Source: Bugula neritina (taxonomy: Eukaryota > Animalia > Bryozoa). Taken from it: DNA of 64,000 nucleotides. Positions 38,522 through 64,000 of this stretch are shown here, one piece after another. The stretch spans positions 9,372,698 through 9,436,697 of the forward strand of contig OZ037765.1 in assembly GCA_964035545.1 (NCBI GenBank). The letters run 5' to 3'. The position numbers were made by a program, and so were the translations under genes. Each line of letters begins with the position of its first letter. The first letter of the stretch is position 1. The notes below the pieces were generated by a model, which was not told the DNA's origin, ran no database searches, and saw only the letters and a program-made list of their open reading frames with translations.

Positions 38522-39459
38522 ACCCATTATATTGTCTATAATCACACCTACAGTATATAATTATGACTTAATTTCTAGTGCATGGCAGGGAAAATAATGG
38601 TTTATTAATAGATTGTTAAAATTGTTATATAACAGCAGCTCTGCATCAACAAAACTGACATTAGTGTGTGAGTTAGTGAGTACGCCAATGCATGCAGGCA
38701 TCCCATACATGTATTTAAAGAAGAGCATACATATTTAATAAAAACAAAACAGCGTTACCAGCTATCAAAGTTTATTGAATTAATATTAAACCTGTCTTAA
38801 AAAGTAAGAAAAATTGTAAAAAGTATTATATTTATAAATGTTAACTTTATGAATCGGTTAATAAAAGCATATCTCACACATAAATAAGCTTATAGTCTAA
38901 TTTGCAAAAAGTGTAGACATAAACGTTGCATATATATGCTGTTAAGTCAAAATTGCACGGAAAAACATAAATTATTTTTAGTATTTTATTATAATTACAA
39001 AATTATCAGTATGATTTATAGGTTTCAGAAAAAAAGTGCTTCAACTATTATAAATTTCAGTGAGATTACAAGTAATATACTTCAGTCATCCATAATATAA
39101 CCACAGATGCAATAATGTACATAGCTTTAGGCAACAAAATATTGTTCAATGTATGACTATATAACGCCATTTCTTATGTACATGTAATGCTAAAGTTGTC
39201 AGTAATGATACATTATAATCCTTCTGTGATCTAAACGTTGCATGTTGGAGTCGAAAATGAAAGAATGGGTATTACAACATAAAGTTTATAAAAGTGGTGA
39301 AAGTTTTCTAAACATTTTTCAGGTTAGACTACCAATTTCAATTTTTCAATTTTTGGAGTACAAGAAAAGTTGTAGCTATAGCTTTTTAACTACCAATATA
39401 CAAAACATCATGAGAACGGTTCTTTGTAGCAAGTGAGCAGTATGCTACAAATACCATTA

Positions 39460-53431
<13,972 letters not shown>

Positions 53432-54724
53432 AGTGAGCTAAGAGATGTCTATCCTGCACAAGTCACTTACTAAATGTTTCAATTTCTCAGCTTCACGATT
53501 TTCTTCTAACATGCATTCCTTTATGGATGACTGGTTATATCTAATTTATTGTACCTATTTCAATGATTGAAGTTAAAAGTGGGATACACTGGTTATTGCA
53601 ATGACACAGCACATTGTTATTTATTACACACTACAAACATCAACCAGTTTTTAACCTCTTGGCTATTTGGCAACATCAGCTTGGCAACAATTAATCATAT
53701 AATTGTCAAAATTATTGGGGAGATAAGAATGAAAATTATATACCCTTGTCCTGGTAAACAGAAAAACACAGAATACGTATGCATGAAATAGGTGTTGGAA
53801 AAAAACTTAATGCAGCATCTTCATTTGTAACTTGCAAACATTAATTATATCTAGAATGCAATTATACGTGCATGCATAGCTGCAAACATGTTATATCAAG
53901 CATCACTAAAATATTGCACCTTGAAAAACCAGAGGTTATGCTACGTTAAACATCATTGTGTAATCTCACACTAGGCAATCCCTTCTCATGCTTATCCTTT
54001 CTAATGCATTAACACATTTTAATAGCTGAATAGATTTAAAAGAAACCTAATATTTTCATCTACAAATAAAGAATAGAGATGAAAATTAAATTATAAGAAT
54101 GCATATATGCATTTATCATCCCCCATACTTTCTAAACAATGCATTATAAAGCATTGACCTGGTTCTTACGTAGACCAGCATGCTGCACATCAGTCAATTT
54201 ACTATCTAGTCTCGCTTGCAAACTCGGATGAAAGCATTTGGTGAATAATTTGGCAACCATCATGTGTAACATTGAAGAGGAATATAACTTAGAAAATAAA
54301 TACCAAAGCTAAAACAAAGTCATTAATATTCTATATTATATTACAGAGACCAATCAGAAGTCTTTAATAGACACTAACAAGTGCATTATAGTACATAGAG
54401 TTTCAATTGTAAAAGAAGAATACAAAATGTAAATACAAGAGTATGAAATATGAGCAGTAAAACATAACAATTACATGCTATACCAAGAAGAACAAGTATC
54501 ACATTGATACAAGTAGTGAGAATTGGCCATTTAGATAAAGAAAATAACAAATTGCATTAATAAATAATATCAGATTTTCAAACAAGTAACCATAAAAACT
54601 CCAAACAGCTATATTTATAACATTGATATCACAAAACTTTAAAACTTAAAACATAATAGTAAATACCTCTATCATGAAAGTAAAATGATTGCTATTTTAA
54701 GAGTTCATGAGTGTCTAACGAATG

Positions 54725-57700
54725 TTATGCAAGCCCAGGAGCTCGATGATGAGGAACCTTATTTCCTTTAAAAAACTGAATAAGATTTAAGCAACGATCT
54801 TTTCGACTTAAGTGAGAGCCTTTTTTCATAGTTGGAAAGTGGATAGTTTCATAGTAGGTAAACCCTTGACCAATCAAACGCAGTTGCCACTGAGCCAAAA
54901 ATATGCCCCAAATAAATGAACCAATGTTCAGCAAAAGCATATAAGATACTAAAATGTGCTCGGTTGCCATTTCGCTTAAAATGTGTGTCATTGGCAAATC
55001 ACTGTATTGCTGGTAATAGAATCTGATTGTACAAACTAAAAACAAGAAAATATCTACATTAGCTAGAAGAATGAATATTGCGAAAAGTCTGTGATTATTC
55101 GTGGCGACGCATCTCATCAGAAAGAGACAATGGTGGTCCATGTGTATAACGCAGCGCTCACACAGCTTACAGTACTTGACGTTTCCTGTGTGTATGGCTG
55201 TGCAGTAACAACAGAACCTTTCCAGGGCATCTACAGACTTCATAGCTAACTTTGCTGCATTTGTAGCTGGAAACTCTACAACAAAATATACCATAGTTTT
55301 ACATGCTAATGAAACATATATATTTCATAAATGCAAATATTAAAATAATATATTAATTAAAAATGTTATGGTTTTATTTATGTACATTTATACAATATTA
55401 TGTAATACTCAACAATCCATGCACCAGTACTGGTTATCTCAGATGAAGTTGACAAACAGCTCTAGACAACTCCAAATTAAAAAAATATCATTAAAACACT
55501 TGGAATATTATCAGCTATTTATACAGCTAATAATACACCAACAGCAAGTTTCTAGTTTTTTAAACATAGTTGATGGGTAGTTAACTAGTTGCTATATGAT
55601 CCATGCTTCATATTATACACTACAATTGTGCATTGTCATTGGAGTTATCCTTCCATTTGCCGTACTACTACGAAGTTTAGAGTTATATCATATATAACAC
55701 TAGATAAAAACTACTTATCTCAATGGCATGAAATAACTAATGGAAATAACTTTGAGTTTAGGGCACAAGATTAGACAGTTAATTGTTTGTAATTCTAAAA
55801 TTTTTTGTGATAAATTATTAATGTATCAAAGAGTGAAGTAATATCATATAAACTACCAGTGTTAGGGAGAGGTGCATAGCCAGGGTCAGAGGTCAGCAGC
55901 TTCCAATAGAAGAAAAATGTAGGTGGCATAACAATAACCGTCCACGCACACAACAAGAGATTCATATGGTCTTCAAAGAGATTAAGTTGAGGAAAAACTA
56001 CTATCAGCCATATGGCAAATGTTCCCACTAGTCCAAAACCGAAAGCACTGGCATGCATCGGATTAGGTAACCTGTAAAGAGTAGAAATAAACTTTCGCAA
56101 ATTTAAATAGTAGCTGAAATACTCTTAGATAACATGAAATACACAAATTACTTTAAATTCTAAACTACACAGGATTGGAAATTGCCAGGAAACTATTTAA
56201 AGGTTCAATTGCCACTTAGCTACGGGGTGGTAAAGACTAAAATTCCAACTGGGGAAAGGTTATGTAGTATCTCTGCCAACTGTGCTATAATCACCAGTGA
56301 ATGAGTAAAACCCATGAAAAATCTAGAAAACGTTACCACCAAGATTAAATGTTGATATGGTACAATGTCTTGAAATAAAACTTGTCTACTTTTATAATGG
56401 TGATTAATAAAAGTTTAAAATTCACCTAAAAATTGAAAATATTGATCAGACAGATTTACAAAAATACATTTGAGACACAACTTACCTAGTAGGGTGTTTG
56501 ATACGGTGTGAGTGGACTTGGTATAAGTATACTATATACAGCATCACAGTAGTCATAAATATAAAACCACAATACCTATAGAAAAATACAGCAAATACTG
56601 AAGCAAAAGATCATGTCAGAGGCCCCACACACACTTCCCATACTTTTATAACTCAACTGAAAAGAAAAATCATTGCCACTTTTAAAACCGTTAGAAATAG
56701 CATAAACACTATACACGAGATAAACTTTTCATAAGTGTTATGAACCAACGTACCAGCCAACAAAGACTTGAAGAAGTTCCGCTATCAGCTGTCCAACCAT
56801 AAAGAAAACAAAAGGCATAAGTAGATACCACCAGTGGAGTCCTGTTGGATTGGTCAGTGTTGTATTACCGGCCATCTTTAGTGATAATGCATATTCAAGA
56901 AGTTTACGAGTATTTAGATGCTTAGAACCATTTCCGGCAAAGCAATTCATAGGGGACTGTCCCTTTTCATTTTGAGAGTCAAGGATAGAAAGACCAGCAT
57001 GACAAAGTAAAGAATGTACGACCTACAGCAAAATATTATGTAATATATATTTAATATGATAACAGTATAGTTATAAAGTATTATATGTTATATAAATTAT
57101 TGCTATAATGAATATGAATATATTAGTGACATATTTCATTGAAAATATTTTTCTAAATTTGTTTAAACACATTTCTTAGAAGCAAAACATTTCCAGTTAA
57201 AAATATCAAAAATTTAAAAAAGATAACAGTTGCAAAAAGCTTTTCACAGAATAAAGAGAATATTTTTTCTATTCTTTAAATAGACCAATGGAATACTTTA
57301 TTGATTCACTAGACACCATAAAATGAACACAGGAGGTGCATTATAACCACCTGATCATGTCCGTAAGTTGCTGCATGGTGAATGGCAGTATTGCCAAATA
57401 TATCAGGCTTCTTGCTGTCAACTAAACCCGACTTTAGTAAATAGTCTACCATAGATACATTTCCTTGACTGCAAGCAATGTGCAATGGGCTTTGCTTTCG
57501 GTCATCTGTAAGCTACAACACATTATTGACGTTTCTTTCATAAAAAAGTTGAGAAGAAACTTTAATCCTAAAAGCATAAAAACAGTTTTCTAAAATATTC
57601 AGTCACAGCACACATAAACTTAATATAAGTATAGTTTTAAGTAAAACTGCATAGTATATTTTAGAAAATCTAGACTGCAGTTCAAGTATATTCATTAAGT

Positions 57701-59066
57701 GCTGAGTTAGAAAGCATTTACAAGCATTAACAAAACCATTCTTGTGCATAACAGAACTTACGTCTACAGTACAGTCATATACAACACGTAGATAGTGCAC
57801 AAGATATATACTTCCTCCCATCACTGCATGATGAATGAGGTGACGGCCTGCCTTATCCCGAACAGTCATTTCAGCTAGTAAAAGTAAATACAGCTTGAAA
57901 AGTATACGCCGAGAAGCGGCAACACCAGCAGCAAAATTTCCCATTGCATAATAGTCAATTACAGAGCACCATCACACAGTTTCGTAGATGCAATTTTTCG
58001 AAAAAATAAAAATGGTTTTGTTTACCTCCACTTTCTAATAAAACTTCACAGAATGCTGAATTCCCTCTTTTAGCAGCAAACATTAAAGTTGTCTCCCCAT
58101 AATTATTAACTGTGTTAACATCAGCATCACAGCGTATAAGGGCTTGAAGCATTTCCAGAGTAGAATCTTGTCTCAGACAAACTTTGTGAAGGCAGGTCTG
58201 CCCATGCCAGAACCTTTCAATTATTATATATTATTGCATAACTTTATTTCTAATTATACTTCATTGGATAGAAAAAATAAGTTTTAAACACATTTTAGAA
58301 TTGGCTTTTTATGACTCCATTATGATCAATTGGAAAATGTGGGAAACATGTCAAGCCAATAGACTCTTTTCAGAGGTTCCCGATATCCCCTTTACAATTA
58401 AGAGTTGTGTCCTCCCAAAGTGAATAAGTTGAACCTTTGTATAAAGAGCAAACTAATTAAAAATTTAAAGTTTGGCTGCTACTTAAAATTTTAATTATGC
58501 TATAGAATTGTTCTTTTAGGAAATATATATGTTGGTATGAGCATACATATTAGCAGTTCAAAAAAAAATTAAAAATATTTCTTCAAGAAAAATTTTAAAG
58601 AAAACAAACTTGAAAGCATTAATTGGAAGGGGGACATTGGGGACCTCTGAAAAGGGTCCATTTTTACGATAACCATGTGTCTGGGTTGTTCAACATCACT
58701 AAATGATAATTTGAGTTTGTAACCCTTAACAACCTGAATGCAAGCTTATAAAATGATGCTCCCAAATATTTAGTAGCAGTGTATATAACAAATTGAAATA
58801 TAAAATGGCAGGCCGTTAATAGGATGTCATACCAGCAGTTTAATCAATGCTTGTTCTAGCAAAACTACAACAATAATTTTATAATAAATAACATGATCTA
58901 TATTATGCTAATAAAAATTTGGTAAACTTTGCTGTAAGATGGATTCATTTATAAGATTTATTAACCTTTTGTTTACTACTTCAGGGTGATCTGCTAGAAA
59001 CTGTGAAAACTGAGCAACTGGTAGAGTTTCAACTGCCAGCTCATAGTTGATAGAAGGATCAGCCAT
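54725..59066 (-). CDS. Ankyrin-repeat DHHC palmitoyltransferase (HIP14/AKR1-like architecture)
   Basis: ATG 59066; ankyrin repeats (HGQTCLHKVC, YGETTLMFAAKRGN, GRHLIHHAVMGG, QSPLHIACSQGN, GNTAIHHAATYG); TM segments; SDPG; CKLCERCVIHMDHHCLFLMRCVATNNHRLF; stop at 54725. Confidence 0.92.
58358..58662. mobile_element. MITE family B, second (internally deleted) copy, DHHC intron
   Basis: Ends AATAGACTCTTTTCAGAGGTTCC..GGACCTCTGAAAAGGGTCCATT; internal sequence matches 32590-32830 in reverse orientation. Confidence 0.78.
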
Positions 59067-60926
59067 ATTTCTAAAAAAATGCTAAAATAAAAATATGTTT
59101 ATTTTCCAACGGGTATGCAAATGGTGGTAAATTTAAATGGCAGTGGTTATACCTTAATAGCATAAGATAAGATTTTGATAGAAATCTTCCCACAACTAAA
59201 TATTAAAACCCATGTTTCGGATACTAATGCACATAGCATTGTCATGATATTTCAAAACTTGAGATAACATTAAATTCTCTTCTATTTTGCAAACAACTGA
59301 ATGAGCTTACTAAGTAGTAATAGTGGGCTTTTACTAAAAATATAAATTTGTATGCAGAAAATCTGACATTGAATCTCTTTAAAACCTATATCAATACAGT
59401 GAGAATAGAAAATATATAAACAAAGTTTACTGGCAAAGCATTTAGCTAGATGTTAGTGAAATAAAATAAACTAAAAGTGTTGACATTTGTTAATTTAAAG
59501 TGACTTCAAATACAGTAATAACAGAATGGTGCTTCAAAATCTTGACCTTCTGAAGGGTTCACTTAAGGTCCATACTTTCTACAAATGCAAACTAACTTTT
59601 GAAGGACTAAAGGTAGATATTTTTTGCTTGCGAGTATTTCTAGAAGACAATCTATGTTTTAATTATGCAGTATAGTCAAATAATACAAATATCAAGTAAA
59701 ATTATCCATAATAACTTTTTAGCTGACAAAACAGCAGAAACTATATTTTAAAAAAATTCAAACTTAATGAATAAATAACTAATCATTAATAAAATTAACT
59801 ACGACTGCTATACTGATTATTATAAACTTAAAGTAGCATATTGATACTGTATTTTGTTGGTTTAGTTGATATAAATATAAATTAAATAGTAATATATAGC
59901 TATAGTAATAATATTATTTGAAGCTGCAAAGTTATTGCATTCCATTTAACAAGTTCATACACAATATTAATCTATATATATATATATTTTTTTCTATTTT
60001 TCATGTTGATGAAGTTGCATTTACTAAAATGCAAAAGTGAAACTAAAAATAAAAGTGGTTTACTGCTGAAGTACAACTAGTTACAGTATCACTATCAGTA
60101 TGAGTATCAGTATGACTATGAGTTATATACTTATAAGTTATAGTAGACGTAGTGTAACTGTAAGTATAACTATAAGACATAAGTATAACTATAAGAGTTA
60201 ATAAGTATAAGTAAATGGCTATCCGTAAGAGTATCACCATCACTATGACTGTTACTATAACTCATACTCTAGTACAACTATATGTAGTATCGATTATAAT
60301 AGTGTTAGTTACAGTGTGGGTACAAGTTAAAGTTATACTAATCAGCTAATGAATTATTGGTGTCATTCCTGATTCCAGATACTGATAGTGATAGTGATAA
60401 ACTCAAACTGTAGATGCAAATATATTTAAAAAAACCTACATATGATTATATTTATAGTGATGCTCCTATTGATACCCATGCTCATTTAATAAATACTTAT
60501 ACGTAGAACTAGATGTTTTATTAAAATGCTCGCAATTAAACTTCTAATAGTAATTAACTTATAAAGATCCTTACAACAATTAATGTAAATAATATTGTAG
60601 TATCTTTTGAAAACAGTAAAAACGGAAGCTGCGAAGTTATTCAAAAGTGGGGTTGGGTTGGGTTAACTGCGTAGATTGCCATAAATCATTAGCATTATCA
60701 TATAGTAGATCGAAACAGTATTATTGTCTTAATGAGTTACAATAGCATATTCTATCAAACACCCGTTTCGATTTCTTTCCAAGTTTACTAGTCTTGGGCT
60801 GCAAATTTAAGTAACGCCGAACTGTAGCGCCACAGTCGTTGTGAAACATTTCAAAGAGAGAAAAGAAAATTGGCTCAAAATAAATCCTTAGACATCTGAG
60901 CTAGAAACCAAGGTTCAGAAGCATCA

Positions 60927-62640
60927 ATGGCAAGCATCGGTGTGCCAATCAAAATTCTACATGAAGCCGAAGGCCATGTTGTAACTTTGGAAACTAGCAC
61001 TGGAGAAGTATATAGGGGGAAATTAGTGGAGGCTGAAGATAACATGAATTGTCAAATGTCCAATATAAACGTTACGTATAGAGATGGAAGAGTAGCTCAA
61101 CTTGAGAATGTGTTCATAAGAGGCAGCAAAATTAGGTTTCTTATTTTGCCAGATATGCTTAAAAATGCTCCTATGTTTAAGAAAGTTCAGGGTAAAGCAC
61201 CTGGGAATGCTGGTCGTGGAAAATCTGCCATTCTACGAGCTCAAGGTAAGAAAATCACTTTTTGAAAAAGAAATCGTTAGCCTTGCAAAATTGAAATAAA
61301 AATGCAGATGAAAACCAATTAATTGTAGGCGGTATGACTCAAACTATGAGTGTGCGTGGGTCAAAGTTTGAAAGTGTATCCTAAAATTAAAATAAATAAA
61401 ATTAAAGTAGAACTGTACTTTGTAAGTTTTATCAAAATGAAACTCAAAGTCATAAATCTTGAAGTTCATATCTGAACACTTAATCTTATCTGTGCTTAGA
61501 TTTACTCTTAAAGTTAGTCAGCTATGTTTTAAGAAAAATTACATTTTTATTTTATAATCTCTGTAAAAAATAGTTGCAGTCTTTTTCTCGCCATAATGAT
61601 ACTTAAACATAGCACTGGTTTTGAAAATAAAAAACATCGTTGTTTTAATTTCTTTTAGGTGTACTGTCATAATTAGTATTACTATTCTGCTAAATATATG
61701 TTGTAATCACAGTCATCTTCACAGCCTCTACTTGATAAGCATAGTATTATGAGTATGACTATCGCTGCATTGCCAAACCTTCCCCAGGACTGCACATCAA
61801 TAAATGCAATTTAAATTAAATGGGATGATGCAGCTCATTGCTTTTTATAAATATTTTCAAATAATTTTTAGCATTAGTGATTGTCAGGGTTGTGGTAATT
61901 GTAATTTGTTGTAATTAGTTACATTTTTCAAGTAATTGAATGTAATTTGTAATTGATGTATACAAATGTAATTGTAATTTAATTACATAGCTAATGTAAT
62001 TGATTTTTACCATTATTTCATAATTACATAACAATTACTTCAAATTTTTAAATATTATTAAATTCATACTTTTCTTACCCTGTCTGCTGTTTGATAAAAG
62101 TTCAGATTAATTAAATGTAGTATTGTATCACCCTACTAATCGCTGTTGAGAACAGAAAAGGTTCTCCAATGTCAAAATTGCCCCAGAAAGTTGGACCCCA
62201 GAAATGAGATTATATAACTTCTATTTGTCTCTTGTGAGAACAAAAGTAATTGTAATTAATTACATTAATTTTGTCTGCAATTGCAAGTGACAAATTCTCA
62301 TGTAATTGTAATTAATTACATTCATATGTAATTGGCCCCAACTCTGGTGATAGTGGATAGTTTTCTATTCTCAAAGTATAATTATAGTTTAAATCTAGTC
62401 CATCACCTCACATTTAGCTCTGATCTAAATGCCTGCATAGTGCATGTAGAATCTTTGTGATATATTAGTTATATCATCAATAAGGAGTCCTGCTTCAACT
62501 GCATTAAACATAAATTAATTGTTGATTATCACAAATCAGCTTGGCATTGCATTTGCATTCTTGTAGCTGCTAGAGGAGGAGGACGAGGTGGGCGTGGCAG
62601 AGGTGGTCCAGGTGGAAATGTCTTTCAAAGAAGGAGATAA
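60927..62640 (+). CDS. SNRPD3: Small nuclear ribonucleoprotein Sm D3
   Basis: Exons 60927-61245 ([52 protein letters not shown]) and 62567-62640 (RG-rich tail, GNVFQRRR*). Confidence 0.98.
61885..62346. mobile_element. hAT-type non-autonomous element in the SmD3 intron
   Basis: Termini CAGGGTTG..CAACTCTG; 8-bp TSD GTGATTGT / GTGATAGT (7/8 match); many subterminal GTAATT/AATTAC repeats. Confidence 0.8.
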
Positions 62641-62931
62641 AATACATGCTGAAGAAATGTTTATAGTGCACATTGCATGCACAACTATTTATAACTAACT
62701 CTTCGCCTGTATTGCAAAAGGTTGATTCTTACTTTTGTACATAGCAATTCTAGCATAAACATTTTATTTCATGTGTATAGTAGTAATTTTTTTGTATATA
62801 AAATAAATATTTACTACAACTCGTAAAGTGTCATTTTTTTAAGAATTGGAACTCAAGTCAGAATTAAAAGGTATGAGGCACTTCTGATTCATCAGGAGTT
62901 GTTTTTTTGGTCATCAACTGTCCGGCAACTA

Positions 62932-63584
62932 TTATGTGCTTTGCTGGGCTAAAAATGTCCTTATTCTACCAAGTAGCTCTTTTTTAACATCATCTGGTAC
63001 AAGAGCTCTCCCTTTAGGAGTTGTTTCAGCTACTAAATCTTCAACTGTGACATGTTCCAAGCCTTTTCTCTTTACAATCTCTTTACAGTGCGCTTTCAAT
63101 TCATCTCTCCACCCGCATTCTATCAACCTTAAACAAAATTTCGGTTAAAATCTGACGATACGTATGTTTAAAGTTACTTAGCTAACAACATAATACATAT
63201 GTTGAATTTTTCTTCATACTTTCAAAGTTGATTACATTACGTTCACTCAGCTGCAGTACTACAAATACTACAACATAATATAGCTTTAGATTTTAGAATA
63301 TTCAAGTAGATAATACATTCACTTATCTAATATACTTAATTGACATGGACCATCAGCTCACTGCACAGGAAGAAATAACTCGCACATTTTCCATGGCACT
63401 TGATATCTTGTCACATAAACTCCACATAATTGAAGTTTATGAGTAGTCATGTTAGCAAGATACAGTACACAGCAATTTAGTTGCACTATGCATAAGTGGT
63501 AGTGGTGTACCTGGTGCGAAGAATATCCTTCAGTCTTTCACTTTCACCTGATTCTACAAGTTTTTGATTAATACTTGATCTCAT
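62932..63584 (-). CDS. ENY2: Transcription and mRNA export factor ENY2 (Sus1)
   Basis: Exons 63511-63584 ([25 protein letters not shown]) and 62932-63127 ([33 protein letters not shown]). An acceptor AG directly precedes the ATG, so an upstream exon probably lies further right. Confidence 0.95.
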
Positions 63585-64000
63585 CTACAATATGAATTAG
63601 CTAAACTTATTATTCTATGAATAAATGCATTTAATTCAATCCAGTGGTAATAAAAGTACAGGGTTCCCTGTGTTTTCTACTAGTGCAGCAATCCATGGTG
63701 CTAATACTTTTTAGAAATTTACTGTGTTCTCTCACAATCTAAAGGCAGAAAATTATAACATTGCTACTTCAATTATAGACACCTCATGCAGACAAACAAA
63801 AGTAACATTGACAGCCTGTGAACGCTTTGGTTAGTGTGGATACATAATTTACCCACTCCAGTGTTTGGCCTTAGCAAAGAACCGTTGAATCCCAAGTTTA
63901 GACTTACAAAATATAGAAAATTCTTTGTAATTTGCATATGGTGTACTGAGAGCTATAATACACTAAACACATTGCATGTAGCATTTCATATAAATACAAA

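Overview
AT-rich, gene-dense, intron-rich animal (invertebrate-type) genomic DNA; the species cannot be identified from the sequence. Ten spliced protein-coding genes were reconstructed by hand: eIF3e (+), a complete five-exon R-spondin (+), a membrane-anchored ML-domain protein (+), SAS-6 (-), APC5 (-), a COMTD1/CCoAOMT-type O-methyltransferase (+), a tandem-domain R2B/Ptp36E-like tyrosine phosphatase whose two domains both look catalytically dead (-), an ankyrin-DHHC palmitoyltransferase (-), SmD3 (+) and ENY2 (-). Introns carry several non-autonomous DNA transposons, a SINE with a 14-bp target-site duplication, a 32-bp minisatellite and microsatellites. The most striking observation: a single invertebrate R-spondin lies about 0.5 kb downstream of eIF3e and convergent on a PTPRK-family gene, with ENY2 in the same block. 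From recalled human gene order, this looks like the pre-vertebrate version of both the EIF3E-RSPO2 and PTPRK-RSPO3 neighbourhoods behind the colorectal cancer R-spondin fusions. Exon coordinates are hand-derived and family assignments rest on recalled motifs, not database searches.
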